From an uncultured Trueperaceae bacterium (GTDB lineage Bacteria > Deinococcota > Deinococci > Deinococcales > Trueperaceae): a stretch of DNA of 64,000 nucleotides. Location of the stretch: assembly GCA_963727505.1 (NCBI GenBank), contig CAVSGP010000004.1:576001-640000 (forward strand), read 5' to 3'. The position numbers and the translations under genes were made by a program. Under the pieces are notes generated by a model. The model was not told where the DNA came from. It was given only the letters and a program-made list of their open reading frames with translations, and searched no databases. Positions 32,168 through 42,199 of the stretch are shown here, one piece after another (the first letter of the stretch is position 1; each line of letters starts with the position of its first letter).

Positions 32168-33211
32168 TCAGGAACGCGTGAAGGAGATGTAGTCCTCGAG
32201 CTTGCGCAGCGCCGAGCCATCGGCGATCAGCTCGAGGGCACGCTCCACCCCGCTGCGAAGATCGTCCACGGCGTCGGCGAGGTACAGGGCGGCTCCGCTG
32301 TTGAACGCCACCACGTCGCGCTTGGCGCCGTCGATGCTCCCGTCCAGGACGCCGCGAAGCACGGCGGCGTTGGCTTCGGCGTCGCCGCCGGACAGCTCCT
32401 CCAGCCGGGCGCGTTTGAGCCCCACTTCCTCGGGCGTCACGACGTAGGTGCGCCTGTCGCCGCTGGCCATCAGCTCGGTCACCTTGGAGGGGCCGGTCAC
32501 CGTGAAGTCGTCGATGCGGTCGCCGTGCACCACCAGTGCGCGCTCGACGCCGAGGCCCGCCAGCACGTCCGCCAGACGCTCGGTCAGCTCGGCGTCGTAG
32601 ACGCCCATGAGCTGCCGGTTCGCCGACGCCGGGTTGGTCAGCGGGCCGAGGTTGTTGAAGATGGTGCGCGCCTTCAGGTCTGCCCGGATCGGCGCCACGA
32701 ACTGCATGGCGGGGTGATGGTTGCGCGCGAACATGAAGGCAAGGCCGACACGGTCGACGGCCTCGGCGAGGCGCTCGGGACTCTGATCGAGCTCGGCGCC
32801 CAGCGCCCGCAGCACGTCGGCCGAGCCGGACTTGCGGGTCACGCCGATGTTGCCGTGCTTGGCGACCCGCACGCCCCCGGCAGCGATGACGAACATGGCA
32901 CTGGTGCTGATGTTGATGGTGTCGATACCGGTGCCGCCCGTACCGCAGGTGTCGAGCAGGACCCCGCCCGGCCGCACCGGCACGTGGATGGCGCGCTCCC
33001 GCATGGCCTCGGCGAAACCGATGATCTCGTCGACGGTCTCGCCGCGCGTGCGCAGCGCGGCCAGCAACGCCGCGGCCTGCATCTGCGACAGGCGCCCGTC
33101 CATCAGCCGGCCCATGACGTCGCGCGCGATCTCGCGGCTGAGGGTCTCGCCGTTGAAGACGGCACCCAGGATCGGCGCGATATCGGACTTCGGATTCAGC
33201 TGCTCACTCAT
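32168..33211 (-). CDS. trpD: Anthranilate phosphoribosyltransferase
   Basis: DTCGTGG, NIST, KHGN, GSAD, GPLTNP. Confidence 0.96.
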   Translation of the reverse strand: MSEQLNPKSDIAPILGAVFNGETLSREIARDVMGRLMDGRLSQMQAAALLAALRTRGETVDEIIGFAEAMRERAIHVPVRPGGVLLDTCGTGGTGIDTINISTSAMFVIAAGGVRVAKHGNIGVTRKSGSADVLRALGAELDQSPERLAEAVDRVGLAFMFARNHHPAMQFVAPIRADLKARTIFNNLGPLTNPASANRQLMGVYDAELTERLADVLAGLGVERALVVHGDRIDDFTVTGPSKVTELMASGDRRTYVVTPEEVGLKRARLEELSGGDAEANAAVLRGVLDGSIDGAKRDVVAFNSGAALYLADAVDDLRSGVERALELIADGSALRKLEDYISFTRS

Positions 33212-34056
33212 GCGGACTCCTCCACGGTGCTGCCCTCACGGTCGCACGCGCCCTCCAGGTAGGCGCGCTCGTAGGCGACGCTGCCGCCGCCGAGGCGTTG
33301 GAACCATCGGCCCAGCCCGATGCCGAAGACCAACCGCTTCCCGACCACCTGCAGCGGGTGGAGCCCGAGCCGCCAGCGCAGGGGCGGGTGGCGCTCGACC
33401 AGGCGCGCGGCGTTGGCGCCTGCGGCCCTCGCCTTCGCCGGGTCGGCACCCCACCGCGGATCGGGGCCGAGGTGCACGGCCGAAGCGGAAGGCAACGCGC
33501 GGAACACCAGCCCCGCACGAGCCAGCCGATAGCCCAGCTCGATGTCCTCCCCGCCATAGCCCACGAGCTCTTCATCGAAGCCGCCGACCTGCCGGAACGT
33601 GACCGCCGGAACGCTGCTGTTGGCGCCGTTCAGGTTCCAGAAGCCCACGCGTGGGGGACGCCACCAGCGGCGCTCGCCATCCACCTCGAACGCCACGCTG
33701 CCGATGGCGGCGCACAGGCCCTTCTCCTGCTCGGCCACGTGCCGCGCCAGGGCGTCGGGTGCGGGAAGGCAATCGTCGTCGGAGAACAGCAGGATGCTGC
33801 CGCATGTGCGCGCGGCGCAGGCGTTGCGGGCGGCCCCCGCTGACAGCTGCTCGTCGGTCTCGAACAGCTTGAGCGGGAACGGGAGCTCGAGGGCGGCGAG
33901 GTCGGCCGCGCTGCCGTCGTCACCGCCGTTCAGGCACACCACCCACTCGAAGCGCTCGGGGTCGAGCGTCTGCGCCGCCAGCGCGTCGGCCTTGCGCCGC
34001 AATGCGCGGGGCCGCCCCCCGGCGACGGTCAACACACTGATGTACGGACAGGGCAC
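33208..34056 (-). CDS. Family 2 glycosyltransferase
   Basis: AARN, LLFSDDDC (DxD), GANSS, GGFDE..YGGEDIELGYRL. Confidence 0.88.
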   Translation of the reverse strand: MPCPYISVLTVAGGRPRALRRKADALAAQTLDPERFEWVVCLNGGDDGSAADLAALELPFPLKLFETDEQLSAGAARNACAARTCGSILLFSDDDCLPAPDALARHVAEQEKGLCAAIGSVAFEVDGERRWWRPPRVGFWNLNGANSSVPAVTFRQVGGFDEELVGYGGEDIELGYRLARAGLVFRALPSASAVHLGPDPRWGADPAKARAAGANAARLVERHPPLRWRLGLHPLQVVGKRLVFGIGLGRWFQRLGGGSVAYERAYLEGACDREGSTVEESA

Positions 34057-34068
34057 GGAACGCTTCCC

Positions 34069-34644
34069 CTACAACCGGTCCAGGAAGCGCTGCAGCATGG
34101 CGTGCCCGGTGTCGGTAAGGATGCTCTCAGGATGGAACTGCACGCCCCACACCGGATGATCCCGGTGCACCACGCCCATCACTACCTCTACCCCGTCGTC
34201 CTCGCACCAGGCGTTGACGCGCAGCTCGCCCGGCAGGTCCTCGATCACCAGCGAGTGGTAGCGCGTGGCCGTCAGCGGGCTCGGCAGGCCCTCGAAGACG
34301 CCGCTCCCGTCGTGCTCGACGAGGCTGGTCTTGCCGTGCATCAGGCGCCGCGCCCGTACCACCGACGCGCCGTAGGCCGCTCCGATGGCCTGGTGACCGA
34401 GGCAGACGCCGAGGATCGGAATCTGCGCGCCGTAGCGACGGATGAGCTCGACCGACTGTCCGGCCTCCGCCGGCGTGCAGGGGCCCGGCGACACCACGAT
34501 GCCTGCCGGCGCCGTCCGCGCGACCTCGTCGAGATCGAAGGCGTCGTTGCGCCATACGACGGGCTCCGCGCCCAGCTCACCGAGGTACTGCACCAGGTTG
34601 TAGGTGAAGGAATCGTAGTTGTCGATGACCAGGACCTGGGCCAT
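34069..34644 (-). CDS. trpG: Anthranilate synthase component II
   Basis: IDNYDSFTYNL, SPGPC, GVCLGHQ, QFHPES. Confidence 0.95.
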   Translation of the reverse strand: MAQVLVIDNYDSFTYNLVQYLGELGAEPVVWRNDAFDLDEVARTAPAGIVVSPGPCTPAEAGQSVELIRRYGAQIPILGVCLGHQAIGAAYGASVVRARRLMHGKTSLVEHDGSGVFEGLPSPLTATRYHSLVIEDLPGELRVNAWCEDDGVEVVMGVVHRDHPVWGVQFHPESILTDTGHAMLQRFLDRL

Positions 34645-34648
34645 GGCG

Positions 34649-36085
34649 TCACCCGAGCCCTTCGGTGGCCATCTCGACGGCGCGTCGCAGTGCCGCCAGC
34701 TTGTTGAGCGACTCCTGCCACTCCGCCGCAGGATCGCTGTCGGCTACCACGCCACAGCCGGCCTGCAGGTGGAGCCGCCCGCCCGCGGCCACCACGGTTC
34801 GCAGCGTCAGCGCCATGTCCATGGAGCCGGAAACGCTCAGGTAGCCGAAGGCGCCGGCATAGGGGCCGCGCCGCACCGGCTCGAGCTCGTCGATGATCTC
34901 CATGGCACGGATCTTCGGCGCGCCCGACGCCGTCCCCATCGGCAGGGTCGAGGCGAGCGCATCGAGCGGCGTGCGCCCCGGTGCCAGCTCGCCCTCGACC
35001 CGCGAAACCAGGTGCATCACGTGGCTGTATCGCTCCACCCGCATCAAGTCGGACACGCGCACGCTGCCGAAGCGACACACCCGGCCCAGGTCGTTGCGGC
35101 CGAGGTCGACGAGCATCACGTGCTCAGCACGCTCCTTCTCGTCGGACAGGAGCTCCGCGGCCAACGCCGCGTCCTCTCCGGCATCGGCGCCGCGAGGGCG
35201 GGTGCCGGCGATGGGACGGGTCTCGACCTTGACCCCGTCGCTGCGCACGAGGCTCTCGGGGCTGCTGGACACCAGCGTGACCGGCCCGAGATCGAGATAG
35301 CCGAGATAGGGGCTGGGATTGATCGAGCGCAGCGCGCGGTAGATGGCGAAGGGATGGACGCCCAGTTCCGCGCTCAGGCGCTGGCTCGGAACTACCTGGA
35401 AGATGTCGCCGGCGCGGATGAACTCGACGGCGCGCTCGACCGCGGTCATGAAGGTCTCGCGCGTGAAGTTGCTGGCGAAGCTGCTCAGGCGGCCGGCGCG
35501 ATCGCCGGGCACGCCCGGCAGCGGGCCTCGCAGGCGCTGGTAGGTGGCGTCCACCAGGGCTCGCGCTCGCGCCTCGTCGCCGGGGTCGCCGTCGACGGCA
35601 GGCGCGACGACGTACAGCCGGCGCAGCAGGTGATCGAAGATCACCAGCACCTCGGGCTCGATGAAGAGCAGGTCAGGGAGGTTCAGCTCGTCGGGGTTGG
35701 CGTCCGGGAGCTGCTCGTAGAGCCGGATGAGATCGTAGCTGGCGTAGCCGACCGCGCCTGCCCAGAAGGGGGGAAGCTCGGGGGGCGCAGCCGCCGGCCG
35801 AACCGTCATGTCCCACAGCGCCCGCAGGGGGTCGCGGGTGGTGAAGCGGTCGGTGCCGCCCGGGCCGGTGAGGGTGACGCGGTCACCCCGCACCTCCATG
35901 CGGCGCCGCTGACCGGTGCCGATGAAGGAGTAGCGTGCCACGTGCTCGCCCTGCTCGACGCTCTCGAGCAGGAACGAGGGGTGGCCGGCGACCTTCAGGT
36001 AGGCCGTGAGGGGGGTCTCGAGGTCGGCCAGCAGCTCCCGGAATACCGGGCGCACGCGGCCTTCGACGCGAGTGGGGTCAGTCAA
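34649..36085 (-). CDS. trpE: Anthranilate synthase component I
   Basis: LLES, NPSPY, RPIAGTR, EHVMLVDLGRND, GAPKIRAM; TTG start. Confidence 0.95.
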   Translation of the reverse strand: MTDPTRVEGRVRPVFRELLADLETPLTAYLKVAGHPSFLLESVEQGEHVARYSFIGTGQRRRMEVRGDRVTLTGPGGTDRFTTRDPLRALWDMTVRPAAAPPELPPFWAGAVGYASYDLIRLYEQLPDANPDELNLPDLLFIEPEVLVIFDHLLRRLYVVAPAVDGDPGDEARARALVDATYQRLRGPLPGVPGDRAGRLSSFASNFTRETFMTAVERAVEFIRAGDIFQVVPSQRLSAELGVHPFAIYRALRSINPSPYLGYLDLGPVTLVSSSPESLVRSDGVKVETRPIAGTRPRGADAGEDAALAAELLSDEKERAEHVMLVDLGRNDLGRVCRFGSVRVSDLMRVERYSHVMHLVSRVEGELAPGRTPLDALASTLPMGTASGAPKIRAMEIIDELEPVRRGPYAGAFGYLSVSGSMDMALTLRTVVAAGGRLHLQAGCGVVADSDPAAEWQESLNKLAALRRAVEMATEGLG

Positions 36086-36147
36086 GGGACTCTCTCCGAT
36101 TCCGAACCTTGGGCCGGGCCGCCGCAGGGCGGCCGATCATGCGGACG

Positions 36148-36207
36148 TCAGACGCCGCCGTGGCGCCATCGCCCGAGGGCCCCGGTCCAGGAATGGAGCA
36201 CGGACAT
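36148..36207 (-). CDS. trpL: Putative trp leader peptide MSVLHSWTGALGRWRHGGV
   Basis: Hand translation; TATACT 6 nt before ATG; two Trp codons; stop 62 nt before trpE. Confidence 0.6.
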   Translation of the reverse strand: MSVLHSWTGALGRWRHGGV

Positions 36208-36315
36208 GACGAGAGTATACCGAGTGCGGGCAGCGATCCGGGGCGGTGCCGGCCACGCCTCGAGGGCGTCGCCAGCGCACTCCCACTGCACGTGCGCTCC
36301 TTGCAACGTGGGCGC

Positions 36316-37116
36316 TCAGTCCTCCTCGGCCTCGGGTAGGAACATCCCGATGGCGTGGTAGCCGGCGTCGACGTAAACGGTCTCCCCCGTGACGCCACCG
36401 CCCAGCTCGTCGCACAGCAGCGACAGGCTGAGACCAGCGACCTCGCTGCCCTCGATGTTGCGGGCGAGCATGCTGCGGGCCCCGGCCTCGGAGTACATCT
36501 CACCGAACCCGCGGATGGACCGAGCCGCGACCGTCCGCACCGGTCCCGCGGAGATGGCGTTCACGCGGATGCCCTTCGGCCCCAGGTCGTAAGCCAGGTA
36601 ACGCATGCTGGCCTCGAGCGCCGCCTTGGCAACGCCCATCACGTTGTAGTGCGGCACCACGCGCTCGGCAGCGAGGTAACTCAGCGTCACCATGCTCCCG
36701 CCGCCCTTCATCAACCTGGCGGCCCGGTTCGCCACGGCCACGAGGGAGTAGGCCGAAACGTCGAGCGCGGTGCTCCAATCCTCCCGACGGGTGTTGACGA
36801 AGGGCCGCTCGAAGGTGACGGGCGGCGCGAAGGCCAGGGCGTGCACCACGTAGTCGAGGTGCCCCATCTCGGAAGCGAGGGTGTCGAAGAGGCCGTCGAG
36901 TTGCTCGTCGCTGGTCACGTCGCACTCCGCCAGCACCGTTCCCTCGAGATCCGCGGTGAGCTTCTCCAGGGTGGGCCGCAGCCGCTCCCCCTGGTAACTG
37001 AACGCGAGACGAGCGCCGGCCTCCGCCAGCGGCTGCGCGATGGCCCACGCCAGCGAGCGCTGGTTGGTGACTCCCATGACCAAGCCGTTCTTTCCGGTCA
37101 GATCGATGCCGAACAT
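36316..37116 (-). CDS. fabI: Enoyl-ACP reductase
   Basis: GVTNQRSLAWAIA, SAYSL, YNVMGVAKAALE, AGPVRT. Confidence 0.95.
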   Translation of the reverse strand: MFGIDLTGKNGLVMGVTNQRSLAWAIAQPLAEAGARLAFSYQGERLRPTLEKLTADLEGTVLAECDVTSDEQLDGLFDTLASEMGHLDYVVHALAFAPPVTFERPFVNTRREDWSTALDVSAYSLVAVANRAARLMKGGGSMVTLSYLAAERVVPHYNVMGVAKAALEASMRYLAYDLGPKGIRVNAISAGPVRTVAARSIRGFGEMYSEAGARSMLARNIEGSEVAGLSLSLLCDELGGGVTGETVYVDAGYHAIGMFLPEAEED

Positions 37117-37236
37117 GGTGCTCCCTCCCGATCGTCCGCCACCGCGCCTGCCACGGACCGGCCGATCGCTCACAGGCTGCTGCGCCAGTCTACCGGGCGT
37201 GCCTATCGGTCGTGCTTCGTTGCCACGTGGGTGTCG

Positions 37237-38286
<1,050 letters not shown>

Positions 38287-38382
38287 CACTCAAGTCTACT
38301 CCACGGTTCTGCGCGGCGCGTATGAAGGAATCGACCAGCTGGGCGACGACGGGCCGGGACCCACACCACGCAGGAGCGGGGC

Positions 38383-38574
38383 TCAGCCATGCCAGGACTC
38401 GGTCTCCTGGTAGTGCACCAGCGCCGAGAACTCGACCGTGGTCTCCAGCGCAGCGGTCGAGAACTTGACGTCGACGATCAAGGTGTCCCGGTCGAGGGAG
38501 GCGATGAAGTCGTTCAGCCGCGCCTCGAAGAGCTCGAAGTTGTTGGAGCTGATGAGCTTGAACTTGGGTTCCAT
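38383..38574 (-). CDS. Small hypothetical protein (63 aa)
   Basis: GGAGG RBS, strong GC3 codon bias, MEPKFKLISSNNFELFEARLNDF. Confidence 0.75.
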   Translation of the reverse strand: MEPKFKLISSNNFELFEARLNDFIASLDRDTLIVDVKFSTAALETTVEFSALVHYQETESWHG

Positions 38575-38579
38575 GGTCC

Positions 38580-39392
38580 CTATCCTCCTGCGCTCGAGCT
38601 TCGCAGCTCGCTCGGATCATCACCCATGATGGCGTCCACCCCCACGCCACGCAAGGCGCGCATGGCGTCGGGATCGTTCACCGTCCACACGTTGACAGCC
38701 ACCGCTCGTGCGTGCGCCGCACGCACGAAGTGCTCGTCCACCAGCGAATGGTGCGGGTGGAGGGCGTCGACGTGCAACCATCCCGGCCGCGGCAGGCCGC
38801 CGCGGAGCTTCACGGTCGACGCGTCGTACAGCAGTGCCACGCGTAGACCCGGCGCCAGCAGCCGCACACGCGCCAGCGACAACGGGCTGAAGCTCGACAC
38901 CAGGACCCGCTCGGCCAGGCCGGAGGCGTTCACGGCGCGAACGACCGCGCGCTCGAGCCCGTGGGTGCGCCAGCCGCTGGCCTTGATCTCGAGGTTGAGC
39001 AGCCGCCCTGGATAGCGCCGCGCCAACGCGAACAGCTCGTCCAGCGTCGCCAGCTCGGGAAGCCGCTCGCGCAGCTGCCCGTAGCTCTGGGCCGCGACCG
39101 GTCGGCCCCCCACCTCCGCGTCGTGGGTGAGCACCAGCTCGCGGTCGAGGCTGCGCTGCACGTCGAACTCGACCCCGTCCAGTCCGTCGTCGAATGCCCG
39201 TGCGAAGGCGGCCAGGGTGTTCTCCGGCTCGACGCCACGGGTTCCACGGTGGCCCACCAGCAGCGTGCGCCCGCCGGGCACCCCGGGAAGGGCACGTCCC
39301 CGCCAGATCGCACGCCACAGGCCGAACGCGAGCACGAGCAGCACGACGTAGGTGAGCGCGTCCGGCACGGAACCGAAGGGACCCGGGAGCAT
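38580..39392 (-). CDS. Glycerophosphodiester phosphodiesterase, N-terminal TM
   Basis: GHRG, ENTL, EFDVQ, HD, NLEIK, SSF, WTVN; TATACT 7 nt before ATG. Confidence 0.9.
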   Translation of the reverse strand: MLPGPFGSVPDALTYVVLLVLAFGLWRAIWRGRALPGVPGGRTLLVGHRGTRGVEPENTLAAFARAFDDGLDGVEFDVQRSLDRELVLTHDAEVGGRPVAAQSYGQLRERLPELATLDELFALARRYPGRLLNLEIKASGWRTHGLERAVVRAVNASGLAERVLVSSFSPLSLARVRLLAPGLRVALLYDASTVKLRGGLPRPGWLHVDALHPHHSLVDEHFVRAAHARAVAVNVWTVNDPDAMRALRGVGVDAIMGDDPSELRSSSAGG

Positions 39393-39498
39393 CGCCGCGA
39401 GTATAGCGCGCCAACACTTGCCTGGCTCCGGTCGCGCCGGTAGGAACGTGCGCAGGGACGGATTCGGCCACGCCGGGCCTCTGCTAGCATGAGGCGTC

Positions 39499-40338
39499 GT
39501 GGACATCCCCAAGGCCAGCAAGCCCCGCCCGCGTCGCGAGTGGATCATGCGTGCGGTCCAGCCGCTCGCGAGCCGCTGCGTAACGTGGGCGGCGCGGCGG
39601 CGCATCGATCCGATGGCCGTCGTGGCCGCGCACGCCCTGACGGGACTGGCGGCGGCGGTCCTGCTGACACGCCAGGCGAGCGTCGCCCTCATCGCGGCCG
39701 CTGTGTTGCTGCAGCTCAAGACCCTGCTCGACAACGTCGACGGCGGCCTCGCACGCGTGAGCGGACGGGTCACCGAGGCCGGTCGCTACCTCGACACGAC
39801 GGCCGACCTGGTCGTCAACGTCGCCCTCTTCGTCGCTCTGACACGCCACGGGCCCGCCCTGCCGGCGCTGCTCGCCCTGCTCGTCCTGACGCTCCTGCTG
39901 TCGCTCGACTTCAACCTGGAGGGGCGATACCGGGAGCTGCGGGCCCCGCTCCCCGCTGCGCCCGCCCCGCTCCCGCCCGGCATGCCACGGTGGCTTCTGA
40001 ACGTGCCGAGGGGCGTGTACCGGGTCTTGCTCGAACCGCAGGACCGCTGGCTGCGCCACCTGGATCGGGCTCTGTTCGAGCGCATCTCCGGCCGGACCGA
40101 GGCATCCGCCCCCGCCCACCTGCGCCTGGCCTGGAACGACCTCTTCTCCACGGCGACCCTCGTCAACCTCGGCCTGAGCAGCCAGCTCGTTCTGCTCGGA
40201 GCGCTCTGCGTGCTCGGGCGACCCTACCTGTACGTGGTGAGCGTCTACCTCCAACTCGCCTACGTCCTCGCGGTGCAGGCCGTGCGGGTCGCCCGCCTCC
40301 GCAGGACGCTGCGCGAGGGGCGCGGGAGCGCGGCATGA
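39499..40338 (+). CDS. CDP-alcohol phosphatidyltransferase family protein
   Basis: DNVDGGLAR....GRYLDTTAD signature, TM helices. Confidence 0.85.
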   Translation: MDIPKASKPRPRREWIMRAVQPLASRCVTWAARRRIDPMAVVAAHALTGLAAAVLLTRQASVALIAAAVLLQLKTLLDNVDGGLARVSGRVTEAGRYLDTTADLVVNVALFVALTRHGPALPALLALLVLTLLLSLDFNLEGRYRELRAPLPAAPAPLPPGMPRWLLNVPRGVYRVLLEPQDRWLRHLDRALFERISGRTEASAPAHLRLAWNDLFSTATLVNLGLSSQLVLLGALCVLGRPYLYVVSVYLQLAYVLAVQAVRVARLRRTLREGRGSAA

Positions 40339-40787
40339 CCGCCGGCTCCAGCATGCCGCGCCCTCTCGCCACCGTCGGCGCGCTCGTCGTCGGTCCGTCC
40401 GGCCGTGTGCTGTTGATCCGCACCCACAAGTGGCGGGACCGCTGGGGGGTACCCGGCGGCAAGATCGAGTACGGCGAGACGATGGCTGCCGCGGTGCGCC
40501 GCGAGGTGCGCGAGGAGACCGGCCTGGATCTGGACGACGTCCGCTGGGCACCGGTCCAGGAAGCGGTGGAGAGCCATGAATTCCACCGGCCCGCCCACTT
40601 CGTGTTGCTGAACTTCGTGGCCCGGAGCCCTTCCGAACAGGTGCACCTCAACGAGGAGGCGCAGGCGTTCGCCTGGGTGGAGCCGGAGGAGGCCCTCACG
40701 ATGGATCTCAACCGACCGACCGCCGTTCTGGTGCGGCATTTCCTGGAACGCGGCTTCGACACGCCGCCGCTGGAGCACCGTGCTTGA
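40335..40787 (+). CDS. NUDIX hydrolase
   Basis: Nudix box GGKIEYGETMAAAVRREVREETGL. Confidence 0.9.
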   Translation: MTAGSSMPRPLATVGALVVGPSGRVLLIRTHKWRDRWGVPGGKIEYGETMAAAVRREVREETGLDLDDVRWAPVQEAVESHEFHRPAHFVLLNFVARSPSEQVHLNEEAQAFAWVEPEEALTMDLNRPTAVLVRHFLERGFDTPPLEHRA

Positions 40788-41511
40788 GCCCACGGTTCCC
40801 CGACCCACGGCGCTGGTGACGGGCTCGGCGCGCGGCATCGGTCGGGCGCTGATCCTGGCGCTGGCCAAATCGGGTCACGACGTCGCCGTCCACTACCGCA
40901 ACAGCGCCGCCGAGGCCGCCGAGGCCGCCGAGGAAGCGCGCTCGTTCGGGGCGCGGGCCGTTGCGCTGCAAGCCGACGTCACGATCGAAGCGGAGGCGCG
41001 CGCCCTCGTCGAGACCGCCCGCAGCGAGCTGGGACGCCTCGACGTGCTCGTGAACAATGTCGGCGACTACCACTTCGGTCCGCTCGACGAGCTCGACGCG
41101 CAGCGCTGGCATGCCATGTTCGACAGCAACCTGCACGCCACCTTCTACACATGCCAGACGGCGGTGCCGATCCTGCGCGCACAGGGCGGCGGGCGCATCG
41201 TGAACATCGGCTATGCCGGCGCCGAACTCGTCAAGGCCCGACCGTCGATCGTGGCCTACGCCGCCGCCAAGACCGGCGTCATCCTCTACAGCAAGGCGCT
41301 CGCCAGGAGCGAGGCCGCCCACGGCATCACCGTCAACGTGGTGAGTCCTGGAGTGATGGAGAACAGCGTCACCCAGCCAACCGGCGAGGTGCCGATGGGT
41401 CGCGCAGGCAGGTTCGAGGAGCTGGTGGCGGCGGTCCGTTACCTGCTCTCGGCCGAGGCCGCCTACGTCACCGGCGCGACCATCGAGGTGGCCGGCGGCT
41501 GGAACCTGTGA
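40780..41511 (+). CDS. tmpR: SDR, TmpR-like dihydropteridine/dihydrofolate reductase
   Basis: TGSARGIG, VHYRNS, NNVG, YAAAK, SPGVMENS, VAGGWNL end. Confidence 0.7.
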   Translation: MLEPTVPRPTALVTGSARGIGRALILALAKSGHDVAVHYRNSAAEAAEAAEEARSFGARAVALQADVTIEAEARALVETARSELGRLDVLVNNVGDYHFGPLDELDAQRWHAMFDSNLHATFYTCQTAVPILRAQGGGRIVNIGYAGAELVKARPSIVAYAAAKTGVILYSKALARSEAAHGITVNVVSPGVMENSVTQPTGEVPMGRAGRFEELVAAVRYLLSAEAAYVTGATIEVAGGWNL

Positions 41512-41517
41512 CGTGCG

Positions 41518-42114
41518 CTAGAGGTCGTCCTCTTCGAAGCGGAGGCTGCCCCTGGCGTGGTCGCCGGTACCGTGACTGACGTCGAACACGCCCCCCGCCT
41601 GCTTCAGGTTGATCGTCACGAAGTCGTGGTGCTGCAGGACCTCGAACGCTTCCAGGGGCGCGTCCCGACGCGGGAGGAGCACGCGCGCGCCGTGGAGATC
41701 CTGGAAGGGCCGGTCGGTGAACACCGTGTGGAGATAATCCGACACCCGCTGTTCGGGCATCAGGTAGAGCCGCCCGGTGAGCACGTAGCTGGCGTACATC
41801 ACGTAGACCAGGCGCGCCTCGCGGCGAACGTGCTCGCTCGGCTCCTCGGCGTGGCCCCCCACCACCCACATGATGTGCTCCTTGGGCACAGCGGCGAAGT
41901 CGGTCTCGTACTGCAGCGCGTTGTTCGCCGGCGGATGGCGGAAGCCCGCGTCGTAGACCATGCAACGCGTCACGGGCAGGTATGGACGATCGGTGAGGTT
42001 GAGGAGGCGGGCGGTGCTCACGATCTCCGGTAGATGAAGGAGGCCATAGAGGCGGAACTCGTTGGTGTAGACCCGTCCTTCGGTCGGCGTGACGCGACGT
42101 CCGTTGACGACCAT
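41518..42114 (-). CDS. Hypothetical protein with two internally similar beta-rich halves
   Basis: Halves FRLYGLLHL..LLN.TDRPYLPV and YVLTGRLYL..YLH..TDRPFQDL; TAGCGT 5 nt before ATG 42114. Confidence 0.7.
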   Translation of the reverse strand: MVVNGRRVTPTEGRVYTNEFRLYGLLHLPEIVSTARLLNLTDRPYLPVTRCMVYDAGFRHPPANNALQYETDFAAVPKEHIMWVVGGHAEEPSEHVRREARLVYVMYASYVLTGRLYLMPEQRVSDYLHTVFTDRPFQDLHGARVLLPRRDAPLEAFEVLQHHDFVTINLKQAGGVFDVSHGTGDHARGSLRFEEDDL

Positions 42115-42199
42115 GCAGGACGCTACCACGTGCGTCCTGGCCGCCCCCGGGGCGAGCACCCGAGAGCACCCGCGCCCTCCGCGACGCTATGCTGGCCCC

